In this document: one piece after another, positions 1 to 13,247 of the stretch
How the letters are laid out: every line of letters starts with the position of its first letter
How positions within the stretch are numbered: position 1 is the stretch's first letter
Made by a program: the position numbers and the translations under genes
Assembly (NCBI GenBank): GCA_018398765.1
Contig: JAHBMJ010000517.1
Span: 1 to 46,166, forward strand
DNA from: Chromera velia
Lineage: Eukaryota
Length of the DNA stretch: 46,166 nucleotides
Direction of reading: 5' to 3'
The notes under the pieces: model-generated
Databases searched by the model: none
Told to the model about the DNA's origin: nothing
Seen by the model: the letters and a program-made list of their open reading frames with translations, nothing else

Positions 1-491
1 CGTACTTGGCGCGGTCGGTCTTTATGCGTGATTCACTGTTTCCTGGGGCCTCTTTGGTTGGTGCCTCAGATGGTAGGATGGGTGCATCGTCATATATGTT
101 ATATTAAAAGAGTGTTGCAATCAATCAATCAATTGAAAGAGTGTTGATTTGATTTGATTGGGGTCACATGGTTTACAAATTAAAAAATATTTTCATAAAT
201 TAAATTGAATTGAATAGACTATTTAAAAAACACAAAAATATTAATTCTAATCCGAATTAAGCTCAGCTATAGATCAAGCTCTGAACGTATCTTCTAGTGA
301 GAGAGTATGGTGGATCTGTTCGATCTGTTTCTGATTGACTGCATACAAATCTGCTCAAAGGTCTTTATGCACACTGTGTCTGTCTTTACGCTTCTTGTAC
401 AGCTGTTTTGACCTTGCGAAAGGTCTCTTCAGCAAGATTCAAAGACTCCACCATGTATGTACTAGCAAGGAAGGAAACATGCAATTCAGTC

Positions 492-835
492 TGTTGGGTG
501 TCACGATTTAAGCTAGTAGCTGCTTTACCGATTCGATTGCATCGCCTGCCAGCTCCCCGCACTTCATGCGCGTGGCTTGTAGGGCTCTTAGATCTTCCAC
601 CTCGTTTGTGTGGCCCTTAGGCCGTGCGAACTCCGCGTAAGCGAGGGACATGCATCGCGATCATCGTTCTGACCTTCTACACATGTCTGACCTTCGTGAG
701 CTATCTGAAGCAGTCGTTGGAAGCTTGAGGCAACCTCTTTCTTCTTAGTTCCCTCGTCTCCTTTTCGTTTCGCTCTGCTGTTCTGTTCCATCTCTGTCCT
801 GTCTTTCACCTCCCTGCTACTCCGGTGTGGTATCA
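492..835. mobile_element. Candidate solo LTR (344 bp)
   Basis: Begins TGTTG (492) and ends TATCA (835). Flanked by near-identical 5-mers CAGTC (487-491) and CAGTT (836-840), which differ by one transition. More GC-rich than the AT-rich flank that follows. No second copy in the window. Confidence 0.4.
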
Positions 836-1030
836 CAGTTTATTTGTAAAGTCACTTACATGTCAATCAATTAATCAATCAATGACACTTAATTTCACAT
901 AAATTCACTTTAAAAGTCAAATTCATTTAAATTCACTCAAATTTAATTATGTGTAAATTCACTACCTAAAGTTTGCAGCCTAAATTGCATGCAGAGTTTC
1001 AAAGAGAACTTGCATTTAGACTTGAATATC

Positions 1031-4000
1031 TTACGAACAAAATTTAACAACTTCCGGAAATGCTCCTAAGAGCGAATCCTTTGACGCCGAGTCCATGCCC
1101 CAATTGCCGGAAAGACTCACTGTCTCCAGGGCATGCAGCCGCTGCGAGCCAAGAAGTCGCAAAAGCGGATTCACAACTCCGCCAGTCAGGCTAGTGTTGG
1201 AAAAGCCCAAATGCTACAGGGGAGGGGGGTCTCGGCTCATCCATACCTCAATCACTGCCCTCACTCCCTCGTCAGTGAGCCCTGTCTCTCCTGCGTCCAG
1301 TTTTGTCAAGCTAGGCAACGTCTCTGCGACCAAAACCTCCGAAAGAGCTCTGCCCCCTTCCACCCGCAAGCCGCGGGTGCTTCTTAGTTGGAGCGTGCGA
1401 AGGGAAGACAAACTTCCACTCCCCAAACCCACGCACAATGCACGGACCTCCTCAATCACGCCAAGGCCCCCAACACAAAGCTCTTCTAGCCTACAGAGAC
1501 GCCCAGAGCTCAACGCAGCAGAGAACAGCCCCACTTCAACAGCAACGTTTGCTGGGGCGACCTGACCGAAGTGTACGAAAATTTTTCGAAGTGCAAAAAC
1601 GTGGGAGAGTTCAGCGAAGCAGCAAAAGGCTGTATCCCCTCCTGCCCGATCCCCCACAAGTTCAGGGACAAATCCCTGAGGGCAGGGACCCTGCCCCTAC
1701 TCACAAGGGCAGAGAGGGATTGAGAACCCTGTGCTCTTAGAGAGCCGGCGAGGGAACAATTGAGGGTATGCAGGGCGGGCAGACTGCCCGGACCTCTGGA
1801 GAGGCCCTCGAAAAAGGCGGACATGACTGCGTCGCTTACATAGAGGAGGTGCGCCTCCTCCAGGGAGTTCAAAGACGCATCTGCATGTGTTAGGGCTTCT
1901 CCTAAAACTCGCGGGCTGAGCAACTGATACGCCGCAAATTTCACGTGCCGCAACCCCGACATCTTGCCCGCTCGAATAACTTCTGCAAATCTCATCACCC
2001 CCATATCTGCGTCCTGAACCCCACCTACTAAATGAATGTCCACCATCACAGGAGGGTCAATCTTCCCTCGAGCCAGACCCTCACAGAGAGAACGAAAGCT
2101 GTGGTTACACTCCCAATCTAGACTGACAGTCCTGAGGGAAGGCACCTTACCCCTACTCAGAACCTCCCCCAGAGCTATGCATCCCTCTCCCCCCCACTCT
2201 CCCTCACCCTCTCTCCTCCTACATGTCACTTCGAGAGAAAGATCCCGAAGAGACGGCAAACGCCCCCCACCCAGACCCTCCGCTAGTCCCCCTACCCCCT
2301 CATCCCCTTCCTCCTCCCATGCGAGATCAAGCTTCTGGAGACCCGCACACCCCCCACAACCAAATGCTAGTCCTAAGCCCGACACTGCAAACCCATTTAC
2401 GTCTGACAGCTTTAGCCGAAAACTTTCAAGCGAGGACAACCCCTGTCCCTGAATCCCCTCTGCAAGAGCAACCACCCCTTCTGCAGCATCATCATTGGAC
2501 ATTTCAAAATCTAGAGTCTGCAGGAGGGACGCCTTACCTGTTGCCAGGCTGCGACACAGCCCCCCGAATGCCTCACCTGTCATGTCATCCCAATGTCGGA
2601 CCTTCAAACCCCTCAACTGAGACAAATGTCCAGAACTGAGGGCGCTGGTAAGAGCAACAACCCCCTCTGGATTCGGATTCTCATAAGAGCCCCCGTCCGG
2701 GAGGACGAGCTCTTGAAGGGATGGCGCCCCCCCCGCACTCAGGGCAGTCGCCAACGCTGCCAACTGTACAGAGCTCATCCGCCGGGGCCCCAGATCAAGC
2801 CGTCGCAATTTTGGGAAACGACCTGGGACTGCAAAGGCGGCAGCGGACAGCTGACTACCCGTGCCCGCACCCCCAATCTCCCTGTCAAACAAAAGGTTCC
2901 CACTCAAATCAAGCTCCTCCAAGTCTTTCAATGAGCTGGTGGAGAGAAGTTCGGCTGCGGAACAGCAGTCCCTCTCTCCTGATGCCTCATAAGCGAGCAA
3001 ATTGTCTTTCAGTATCAGGACTCTCAACTGCGGCACTGCCTCTGCATTGACTGCAGATGCTAAGTGCTTCAACCCTGCCGGCCTCATATCGTTCTCTGCA
3101 AGGTCGAGGGTCTGCAGAGAGGTCGTCTTCTTTGCTTTCAGTGCTTCTGCCAATGCCTCCACCCCCTCCGCTTTGGCCTTTGTTCGGGCAAGTTTGAGGG
3201 ACTGCAGGGGGAGTGACTGAGGCGAAGAAGAGAGGCCTCTCGAGAGCGCCTTCATCCCAGAGGGGCAGATGGGGTTGTCACTCAGGTCGAGACAGAGAAC
3301 GCTAGGGATCCATCCGAAAGAGAAGGCTGACCCGAGCCCTCGCACGGACACACTCCGGAGTCGGTTACCTGCACGCACAGGGAGCGACCATATGAGTCGA
3401 CCCCTTTTGCGAATCAGGCGCCACAGAGAAAAGGCATGGGTGTAGGATGAGCCTCAAGATTGCCGGCCGACAAAAGAGGAAGGAGTGTGACGAAAATGCA
3501 CAGAAGGGATCCACACAAACAGAGACAGGGGGGAGGAGAAACTTCTTCATTTGCAAACACACATAACACGAAGCGAGACATTGGGAAGACTCTTGTCTTA
3601 TGCACAGCAGTCGTGTGGTGTCGTCGCAAAACTTGCAAGAAAAGTCAACCAATAAATAGAGGAACGGTGAAAGACGGCGAGACGAACAGACGCAAGGAAG
3701 AAAGCAGAGAACCAATCTGGACGCTCACGCACAGCCTCACTAGATGGGAGACGCTTCGAAAGGTACGAACAAATGTGATGGATGGTCTCACTCCTTTTTC
3801 TTTGTGTCACGTGATCCACACGTAGACAAGCCAGTTAACATGTCAGTTCACCGACTGATGCATCCATCGATTGTTCCAATGACCTCTACGACTGACTGAT
3901 CGACTGGCTGGCTGCGTGATTAGCTGACCGCTGACGTCGAGATTCTCCAAACAGCGAGGGAGATGATGAAAGATCGCGACAGCGGCTTCACCAAGATCGC

Positions 4001-5539
4001 AATCTGCAGAGAGGCATTGAGGAAAAATGGTGGTTCGCTTTGTAATTCAGCTTGTACACGCAGAATGGAGAGAGGGAGAGATAGAGGCCCTGTCGATTGG
4101 GAATCATGCAAAACTACCTCTTTTTTTCGGCATCTGGTTCATCGAAAGATCAAACAACAAACAGAAATTCTGGGAATCAATGGCCATCAAAGAGTGACGA
4201 CAGACTGACTGGAGAGGTTCAGAATCTTCAAAGAGATCGGCGATGTCTCTCCTGTCCCACCCGCTTTCGTTCGCAGGAAGCCGAGGAGCACCGGCAGGCA
4301 GGCCTTCTGGCAGACATGAGGACCTGCACAAAAAGACGATACATGCTAGGCCAACGGCAGCCACAGGCGTTGCGGAGACATTTCCGCCTGGCTGTCCAGT
4401 CTCTCTCATGTGACAAAAAGAGAATGTGACCTCTTCGCCTTCCTGGTCATACTTGCAGAGCCGCCGGTTACTCGTCAACTGACCGCATCTGAGCGTCTCC
4501 ACAACACCAGGCCCCGAGGGAAGGGACGACAGAAGAAGCTTCAGCTTACGAGCACTCAGCGAGAGGCTTGCGTACAGACACATATGGGTCTCGCTTATAC
4601 GCAGACGGATACACCGGAAGCGTGGCGGGTAGTACGGGCAAGGGATCTTTACAGGCAGACTTTTGGAAAAAACGAAAAGCGATAAAAAGGACAGCAAAAC
4701 CACAAGGAAGCCAAAGGAGAAAGGCAAGCAGAAAGATGTCCGTCTTGCACAGAGACGGCCCGCAAAGGGCACAGGCATAGGGTCTTCAAAACGGAGAGCA
4801 ACAGTGCAAGGCATTCCGACGAGAGGGTGGAGAGGACAGAGGAGGAAAATCCGAAAAACGCAGAAGGTGAAACTCTTGCTTCACTCACCCGAAAGGTCAA
4901 GACACGCCAGAGGCAAAAGGGAGCGTCCCTGCACACACAGAGAAGCCAAACAGGCAACACAAACTCTTTACGGGCAGCCACCATATGCTTCAAAAATGAT
5001 GTCCCACTGCGCGCGAACTGCAAAAGATTCCGAGGAGAAAGGGGCGTCGAGACCTTTTCCGTCTCCGGCTGACCATTCGGATGAACCCCAGGAGAGTCAG
5101 CGCCAAGCCGAAGCCCTTCCTGTCTGAGGCAAGCTCCGATATCTCCTGCAATGGAAAGCGATCGGAAGCATTCGTCGGTGAAAGAGAAAGACAAGAAAGA
5201 GAGATACCGGGGCTCAGGACTTTCCGACACGAAAATCGGTATGACAAGTGTATGACAGAGCCCCTCACCGGCGCACCTCTGCAGTTGGGCGAGCGTGCTC
5301 AATGAGCGAGCAGACCACGTTGTCTATGGGCTGCGTACTTCGAGCCCCCATGTTTTGAGAGTTCCCGGCAGCTGCGAAGAAAAGAGGAGACCGAGAGTCA
5401 ATGAAAATCAGACTCGTCCAAATTCGCGTGAAGAGCACAAACGCGAAGAGTAGAGGTCTCGTCCGCTCGCCTTGAGAGAAACGGACGGAGACGACCCACC
5501 TGAAGGAGAACTCTGGAAGATGGTAGCAGGTTGTGACAT
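1031..5539 (-). pseudogene. RNI-like (NLRC3-type LRR region) leucine-rich repeat gene, paralogue 1, disrupted
   Basis: Exons read by hand: 5539-5500 (MSQPATIFQSSPS), 5371-5277, 5145-5074, 4928-4889, about 4567-4484, about 4323-4210, about 4003-3929, and a long terminal exon from 3367 containing LxxLxLxxNxL repeats (LQTLDLAEND, LEELDLSGNL). The structure matches paralogues 2 and 3. Lesions: exon-5 acceptor CAG>CAA (4568), 1-bp deletion in a C-run near 1604 (SPHV motif), and CAG>TAG at 1214-1216. The homologous C-terminus (GAFPEVV) ends at TAA 1031-1033. Confidence 0.85.
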
Positions 5540-5879
5540 TTCTTTTGAAAGAGGTAAAGGGGCTCGCGGAAGGACTGGAAGACAAACAAGAGAATGGGAT
5601 ACACAGCGATGCCAATTCAATCGTCGCCGTCTCCCTTCAGAATTTCAACAAACCCAAGAAGCTCAAAGTGGCAACCTGCACGCGTAACCTTTTTTGTAAT
5701 TGCGAATGGCAAACAAAACATCTTCGCTATGTGTATATTCCGACGGCGCTCGTCTGCTCGGGGAAGAAAGAGAAAAAAGCGTCCCTGAGTGTTTGAGGGA
5801 TCTTGATGGTTCGGACTTTGAGCCTAAATTTGAGGGGGTGTGAGAATGTGTGAGATGCATGGTGTGAGATGGTGTGAGT

Positions 5880-5965
5880 GGGCCATGCATGCATGCATGC
5901 AGCTCCAGGGGCCGCGGGTCCGCGGGTCCGCGACGCCGGGTCGCGGCGGCCCGCGCGCAAACCCA
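5880..5965 (-). promoter_or_regulatory. GC-rich block with TGCATGCA repeats upstream of LRR paralogue 1
   Basis: CATGCATGCATGCATGCA adjacent to a CpG-dense block (GCCGCGGGTCCGCGGGTCCGCG), about 350 bp upstream of the ATG. Similar blocks precede paralogues 2 and 3. Confidence 0.45.
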
Positions 5966-5979
5966 ATTAAACAATATAC

Positions 5980-6026
5980 AAAAAAAAAAAAAAAAAAAAA
6001 ANAAAAAAAAAAAAAAAAAAAAAAAA
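5980..6026. repeat. Poly(A) run containing an N (probable assembly join)
   Basis: 47-nt A-run with an ambiguous base at 6002. Confidence 0.8.
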
Positions 6027-6046
6027 TACAGACACGTACTAAGATC

Positions 6047-7035
6047 GGGGAGCAGCTCAGCTGCTTTGCTGAGATCAGCCGAGAGGCCCTGATATCACGC
6101 GATCACTCTATATTTTTTAGGGGAGGAGATCGATGTCCCCGCGGAATTATATTTATATAATTCGTGGAATCAAGGTGAGTCAATATACATTTCTCCTCGG
6201 AGGGTAGCTTAGCCCGGCTCGGGGGCCCTAACACAGTGCGCACTTGCATAAACATCATACATCCCAGGCTTTCTAGAGTAGCCTTTTTTAGCACCGCGGT
6301 CCTTTCCAGGCCCCTCCGCGGCGGCGCCTCCCTTTGTTTGGGATATGGCCCCATATACTCAAAAAAACGGTTTCTTGTGCCAAAAAATTTTTTTAAGGTG
6401 TTCCAACGATGAATTTAATGAATTACTGATTAATTTAGTTCAACTCACCTCAGAAAAGGTAAGGATCGGAAGAGTTACGCCGCGGTTCCCACCCTTTCTT
6501 CCAAGTTTTACAACCGCGGCGTGCCGCGGTACGCCTTTTAGGCGCTCCGCAGCACTTGGTGCCGCGGAGCGGCGTTTGACCGTAAACACCGCGGTATCTA
6601 GAAAGCCTGATACACCCAACCAGTTGGGTGAGTGCCTCGGGGGGCCATTTATGGGGGGTCCGCAAATTTGATTGACACACACCATCGGGGGCTTGGGCAT
6701 ATTTTGTGTGCATACATAGGGCGGGGGTCACAGCAACGCGTATGAAGTATGCTTTACAGGACCGCGCGAGCATATATACACTTACAACTCCGTACAAGTT
6801 ACTTGAGGAGCACCGATGTATGCAGTAAATCGCAGTAATTAATTAAGGCATTATTATATATATACGATCACGGCTCCGTGCGAGTTGCTTGAAGGGCATA
6901 TTTTAGAATCTGGGCAACACTGTAATGGACAGAGATAGAAGCAACCCCCCCCCCCAAAAATGAAAAAATGCGTTATGCGAGTATATGCGATTTCAGGGCC
7001 TTTCGGCTGATCTCAGCAAAGCTGAGCTACCCCCC
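6047..7035. mobile_element. Non-autonomous TIR DNA element (~1 kb)
   Basis: The left end GGGGAGCAGCTCAGCTGCTTTGCTGAGATCAGCCGAGAGGCCCTGATATC is the reverse complement of about 6988-7035 (GATTTCAGGGCCTTTCGGCTGATCTCAGCAAAGCTGAGCTACCCCCC). A third copy of this end lies at 40659. No ORF and no clear TSD. Confidence 0.7.
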
Positions 7036-7101
7036 AACGTGAGATACACACGGCTAAGACTTGTTAGAATTATAATTCAAACTACTGATGCCCCCTGAAG
7101 G

Positions 7102-7333
7102 ACCTCCCTGAACCTAAGTACCACTTGAAAGTTGAAGGCGTATTTTGGGATAAGCTTGAAAGCCGGCACCGCAGGCGTGGATGCTTTACGGTGTTTTGAA
7201 AGCCCTAGCCGCACATTTGGGTGGTGTCTTGACTATCAGTGCCATACATGCGGGCGGTCTCTTGAAAAACGATGCTGCAGATGTGGATCATCTTGATTAT
7301 ATTCCTTCAAGTGGTACTTAGATTCAGGGAGGT
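7102..7333. mobile_element. MITE (232 bp) with 28-bp TIRs
   Basis: ACCTCCCTGAACCTAAGTACCACTTGAA (7102-7129) and TTCAAGTGGTACTTAGATTCAGGGAGGT (7306-7333) are inverted repeats with one mismatch. CCCTGA occurs on both flanks. Confidence 0.75.
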
Positions 7334-8789
7334 ACCCTGAGGCACTTACCCAACCGGTTAATTGGGTATATTCTGGTCACGAATCTGGTGGACAGTCATT
7401 CTATCTGTTTTACCGTACGCAAGTTCTGCGCCCGAGTTTTCTTCCCTGTCACTATCGACTCCTTAAACTGAGACTGCAGAAGTTTGGAATAGTCTTAAAC
7501 TATCTTGAACTTTGCCTTTATATAAGCAATATAATAAACTTGTACACGTTAATACATAACTGCACTCCGTACATGCTTTTTAAAGTCAAAAAATGGGTCA
7601 AACGGGCATTAAAACAGGGTAGAAAGTTACTAAAAAGACTGTACCAATCATGTACCTCCACAATATAAAAGTCATATGACCGGGATCCAAATGAATTTGC
7701 AAAACCCGCCGAGGTCTACTCTCAAAGATATGGTACTTAATTGTACTTGATTAAGACGTACGTCGATCTGCCAATGTTTCTTTAACATCAACACATGACA
7801 TTGCATGTGAACACTTCATAGCACCACGTCATCACTGTTGTAGCCTATCAGCTGCTTCAAGTTGTTCTTGTCAAGGCAGCATGCAGAAGTTCTCCCCTCG
7901 CCCTCTGGGCGCTGCACTCATAGAATAGAGGGAAAAGGACAATGAAATTTTTTTTTAGTCGAAGTCTTTAGATTTGCTCTCATATACTTCTTTCGTCAGG
8001 CGGCACTTAATTGTCAGCACTTGAGATCCACACTGGGTGCTCTTTGCATGCCGAGTCTACTTTTCTATGTATCAGGAGGTCTGAGATCTTCTCAGATGCA
8101 CTCACGGTCGTCTTAGCCCCAAACACTTTCAATTTTTCTTTAGAAAGAGAGATGCAGGTCACCTGCGTTCTCAGAGCCCATCAGTCATCTTGACTTATGG
8201 GAAGAGTTCCCCGAAACAGATCGTCCGTTTCGGTTTTCGAAAATATCATTTCCCTTTCTCTCTTTTCTTTCTCTACTTTTCTGTCTTTTGATATATTCGT
8301 TTCATCTTTTTCATCTTGCATGCAGCGCCACCGGCCGTTTGAATGGAAGGCGTGGCGGCGCTTGCAGAGCTTTGAGCCGAGCGTTTAAGCATCGTCGCCG
8401 CATGTCGTCATAGTATGTTGTCACCGCACGTTGTTGCGCTGCCAAACAATATTTCAGCAAAAAAAATACACCTCAACAGAAGCAATAAAAAAAGCAGTGA
8501 GAGAAGAGAACCTGAAAGGCCATCTGTGAAGCAGTCGGTGAAATTAAACGGACACCCCCTCGTGTGGAAGAGTCCGCTTCGTTTGACCCGGCTCCGTAAG
8601 CACCCAGCAACCAACTTCCTTCAAAAAAGGTGGATTGGTTTAACTGTGATTCATGCTTACGTCTCTTTTACGTTTTATGCTATTTTGTGCTCTTGACTTA
8701 AGTGTGAGCTCTATACATTGCCTGCAAGTTCATACATACTCAGGCCCTTGAGCTGAGCGGTGAGCTCTCTTTTTATTCATCCTTTGAGT

Positions 8790-9620
8790 CGAGCGTAAAC
8801 TCTGTCTTTGCCCCTGCGCACAAGCTTCTTCGTGATAGCCTTGATTTAAGTGTGAACTCTCTCTTTTTTGCCCCTGCCCATTTTTCGTGCCTTGGGTTGA
8901 GTGGAAACTCTATTTCTGTGCCTCGTAAACACGGATTCTTCATACCTCTGCATGCATTCTGTCTGACTCGTCCCCTGCAAACACGATGACACCAGATCAT
9001 TACCCGGTCACACACATTCACACCCATTCCTCGTGCCCCTGCGCACATTCTCTCTGACTCGTGCCCCTGCGTACATTTTCTCTGACTCGTGCCCCTACAC
9101 ATATTCTCTCTGACTCATGTTCTTGCGCACATTCTCTCTGACTGGTGTTCCTGCGCACATTCTCTCTCGTTCTCTCTAACTGGTGCCCCTGCGCACATTC
9201 TTTGACTTGTGCTCCTGCGTACTTCTCTCTGACTGGTGCCCCTGCGCATATTCTTTTTGACTTATGCTCCTGCGCACATTCTCTCTGATACTATTCTTTG
9301 ACTTCTGCCAACGCGTACATTCTCTCTGACTGGTGCCCCTGCGCACATTCTCTGACTTGTGCTCTTGCGCACTTCTCTCTGACTCCTGCCCATGCGTACC
9401 TGATCATACCGGATCATCACTGGGTCACATATACATTCCTCGGTCCCCTGCACACCACGTTCTTCTTGCCCCTGAGCACTCGGTCCTTGTGCTCCCCTGA
9501 CTGCACATATTCTGCTTGCCCCTGAGCACATTCTCTTCTCCTGTCACTACGCACCGCATTCTTCTTGCCCCTCTGAATGAGCACACTCTGTTTACATGCC
9601 CTTGCGCACACGATCATTAC
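8790..9620 (+). repeat. 28-bp minisatellite (CGTGCCCCTGCGCACATTCTCTCTGACT)n, degenerate toward the edges
   Basis: Units start at 9032 and 9060 and continue with clear copies to about 9400. The same repeat occurs at 18430-18530 and 24542-24600. Confidence 0.9.
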
Positions 9621-9849
9621 CGGGCCAGACAGTCTGAGTCAGAACCGGGTCCCTCGTACCCCCGACTACTAGCCTGAGTATCTTCTGTCTTCATGTCTCT
9701 TTTCACATGTTCACACTGATGCTGCTTCACCTGACCATATTCTGTTCTCGGGTTCCTACACACATACATTTTTTATACTATCGCGCACACCCTGTTTTAT
9801 CCCTTAGCATCTAACCCGTCTTCATACCCCTGAACACATTTTATAGTCA

Positions 9850-10440
9850 GAGAAGCGCACAGATCCCTTTCTCTGCATTCATTCCTTCTTGCAGATAGGA
9901 GAGGACAAAGATCCCTCTCTACATTCATTCGCAGATCCATTCCGCCTTGCAGACAGAGAAGCTTACAGATGTCTCTCTCTAAGTCATTCCTTCTTGCAGA
10001 TAGAAGAGGACAGAGATCTATTCTCAGATTCATTCCGTCTCCCGAAGAGAAGCGCACAGATCCCTCTCTCTGCATTCTTTGCTTCTTGCAGATTGAATAA
10101 CGCAGAGATCGCTCTCTACATCCATTCTCAGATTTATCCTGCCTCACAGACAGCAAGAGCAAAGCTCCCTCTATGCATTGCTTCCTTCATAGACAACGAA
10201 GGACACAGATCTTTCTCTCTGCATTCATTTTTTCTTACAGAGAGGAGAGGGCAGAGATCCCTCTCTGCATTGAATCTCAGATTCATTCCACCACACAGAT
10301 AGAGAAGCGCATAGATCTAGGCATAGATCCCTCTCTCTGCAGTCATTCCTTCTTTCAAATAGGAGAGGGGGGGGCCCCTCTCTACATTCATTCTCAGAGC
10401 AATTGCACCTCGATATCTGAAGCGCACAGGAATTCCCTCT
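9850..10440 (+). repeat. Degenerate 45-60 bp tandem repeat (AGATCCCTCTCTCTGCATTCATTCCTTCTTGCAGATAGAAGAG...)
   Basis: Recurrent AGATCCC/CATTCATT/TTGCAGA motifs at about 9861, 9909, 9967, 10014, 10057 and onward. Confidence 0.8.
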
Positions 10441-10469
10441 TCATATTTGCTTGGTTGTTGCATTAACAA

Positions 10470-10662
10470 GGCAGAAATTCTGTTGAGTCTCCTTGCGTGT
10501 TCGTTCAGTCGTTGCAAGCTAGCAGAGGATGATAGAGATTCCTCTCTCTACACACTCGTTCAGTCGTTACAAAAGGAATGCACAGAATTCTCTCTTTATG
10601 ACATTGTTCGTTTGGTCGTTGCAAGCAGCATGAAGTCTCTATGCTCGAAAACCGATCTTTAT
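10470..10662 (+). repeat. Short copy of the 97-bp satellite ending in a putative right TIR
   Basis: Same subunits as 17050-18370. Segment 10628-10662 is an inverted copy of 15888-15922. Confidence 0.75.
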
Positions 10663-10849
10663 ATTTATATTTCATGTGCCTGCATAGCGCGTACGGCGCA
10701 GGATCCGCGTGCATGCCGCGTGCCGGCCGCGGTGCGGTACGCTTAATTATGGCTGCTTGCATCAGAACCGATTATCTGGCTTTTCATGCCGGGGACCTGC
10801 ATGCTTTTTTCATTAATTGGCTATGTGTATAAGTCATCATTGCTGAATG

Positions 10850-11345
10850 CTTATGCGCTTTATCCTTTTATTCGTACTTACTTCAATTGTGTGTGTTAAA
10901 ACTTCTGTTGTGCTTTGTCGGGGAGTGGGAACTACCTTAGTGACTCCCTCTTCTGGTGAGTCTGGTTATCTCGATCTGCAGATGTGCAGATTGTGTAAAG
11001 TTGTTGCATTACGTCAAAAAAGGATGCCACTTGCTAAATGTTGATGCGCTTTGTCCTCTACTTCTGGCATGTGTATACGCAGGATTTGGAATTCCTTTTG
11101 TGCTTTGTCGGGCAGGTGGAGCTGCCTTTGTCTCTAAGCTCTTCCGTTGAGTATACAGTCCCGTTTCTGCCATTCTCTGCCCATCTGCAGATTGTGTGAA
11201 GTTGTTACAGTGCGTCCTACGGCATCAGGCTAGGCGTCAGGAAAGGATGTGCCCTGGTGAATGCTCATGGACTTTCTCCCCTCCTTCTCACGTATATGTA
11301 TATAGGATTTAGGACTCCAGTTATGCTTTGTCGGGGAGGTGGATC
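10850..11345 (+). repeat. Three degenerate copies of a ~190-220 bp unit
   Basis: GCTTTGTCGGG anchors at about 10912, 11102 and 11325. TGCAGATTGTGT-AAGTTGTT and AGGATTT motifs also recur. Confidence 0.65.
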
Positions 11346-12089
11346 AAATCCCTGTGGAATCTTCTCTGGTGGGTTCTGCGTATTATTTGGGAAAAGGGTT
11401 GAAAGCAACGTCCGAGACCCGTCAGGCAACCATACAGTAGAAATATATCTTTCCCTCTTTATGGAATGCCTTAAAGTTTTCTCTTGCTTGCTCGCCAGCA
11501 GATTTTGCTCTCGCTCTATTGTACTAAGGGGCTTATCTTAATTTCTTCCCTCCCGTCTCCTTTGTATTTTCTGCCCACGTCAGCAAACGACCCAGTCTCA
11601 GAGAGAGATTGGCCCGGACGTCTTTTTGTGGCTGATTTGTGTGCCTTTTGATTTTCCTGCAGTTTTGGATCCTTTCTGTTGTTGAAGCGGGTGCTGGCTC
11701 TGTTGCTGGCGCTTGTCTTCGTTCTTCTGCCAGGTAGGCTCTCTATATGAATGTCTGTGTGACACTGTCTGATGTGTGGCACTGCTGCTCCTTGTAGTAA
11801 TGCATATGGTGCATCAAGGTTTGCATGCGGAGGGGCAAGACCGGGTTGGGGGTTGGAGGTGAACGAGAATGTCAACTTGAAAGAGCGGGATACATATAGG
11901 GAGCTATGAAAGAGAGGGCGTCCAGGAAGAAGAGGGGTAGACAGGGTATGAGCTCAGGAGGAAAAGGGAGCGGCGGTGAGCGGCGGCGGGGAGGGAGGGG
12001 TGAGGCGGGTCTGGAGGTCAAAGAAGGGGAGGAACAGAGGCGAGCATGAAGATACTGGAAGAGAGAAACTAGGAGAGAAAGAAGACCAG

Positions 12090-13070
12090 ATGAGATGGTG
12101 GAGACGGTATAAATGGTAGGGAGGGTGGAGACAACGGAGACGGCAGAGACAGCGGAGATAGTGGAGACGGCGGAGACGGTTGAGACAGTGAGCCGGGGTG
12201 CAGTTGGGGGAGGTTAATTGGGGGGGAGCAGGGTTGCCGATTTTTTTGGCGGTAGACAAGCTTCATTACCGGTAACCGGTAATTACCGGCAGAGTTTGCT
12301 GGTAGTTAGCAAAGACTTGGCAGAATTCTAACAGTCACTGACACTTTTCAATAACCTAAGTCCTATGTTATAGGTCAATCAATCAATCACTTAAAGCTAG
12401 ACTTAAGGTCAATTCAAAAAGTTAATGCGTCATCTGTAGGGACAGCTATGCGGCCAGTGTGCTTGAAGATGACGCAGGTCAAAGCGATGGGTCCCATCTT
12501 GCACTTAGCGCCTAAAGACAGAGAACCGCTGGCCGTAATGACCATAGCTAGCCCAGACAGATGCATTCATGCGATTCCAACAACGGAAAGAGTCTGTCTC
12601 AAAGTTTGGGCGGTCCCCCCAATCTAGTGCTCCAGCCTCCAAAGAAAGACCCGCCTTTTTACCACTTATAGGGGTGAAACACTTAAAAATTTATATTTTT
12701 TAAATATTTTTTTTATTTTTTTTTGTGTGTGAATAGGCTTTTCAAATACCAATAAACACTTAAAAACATGTTTTTAAAGGTTGGCGCCGCAGGCAAAATT
12801 TTTTTTTTGGGACCCTAATTTTTATCATTTTTTTTGTCGGTAATTAAAAGGAAGGCAGACTGAGGCCATTACCGGTTACCGGCAATTGCCGGTAGACTAG
12901 ACCTGTTACCGACCAGAAAAGCAACCCTGGGGGGGAGGTAAGGGGGGAGGAGACTTTAGAGGCGGTGGAGCCGGCAGAGACAGCGGAGACTGCAGAGATG
13001 GTGGAGACGGCGGAGACGGCGGAGACTGTGGAGATGGTGGAGACGGCAAAGACGGCAGGGACGGCGGGAG
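12090..13070 (+). repeat. 9-bp GGAGACGGC-type tandem repeat split by the hAT insertion
   Basis: Arrays at about 12095-12190 and 12963-13068. Confidence 0.75.
12229..12929. mobile_element. Non-autonomous hAT element (701 bp)
   Basis: TIRs CAGGGTTGC (12229) and GCAACCCTG (12921-12929). Perfect 8-bp TSD GGGGGGAG at 12221-12228 and 12930-12937. Subterminal TACCGG palindromic repeats at both ends. An 8-bp TSD with CAGGG termini is characteristic of hAT. Confidence 0.9.
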
Positions 13071-13247
13071 GATGTCATGGGGAGTTAGGCACTAAAAGGG
13101 GGGGGGGGTTCAAAAAAAAGTTTTTCTCAGGAGGTGCGCGATGGCTTCGGAATATGTTATGGATGGGTGGTTTCACCTTGCTTTTCGTTTTTTCTTTTTG
13201 AACCTAGTTTTGAACAACACTTGTATCGCTTATTGTTGTCACAATTA

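Noticed and set aside
5980..6026. Poly(A) tail of a retrocopy
   Set aside because: Contains an N, has no TSD or upstream retro-element body, and its length is unreliable.
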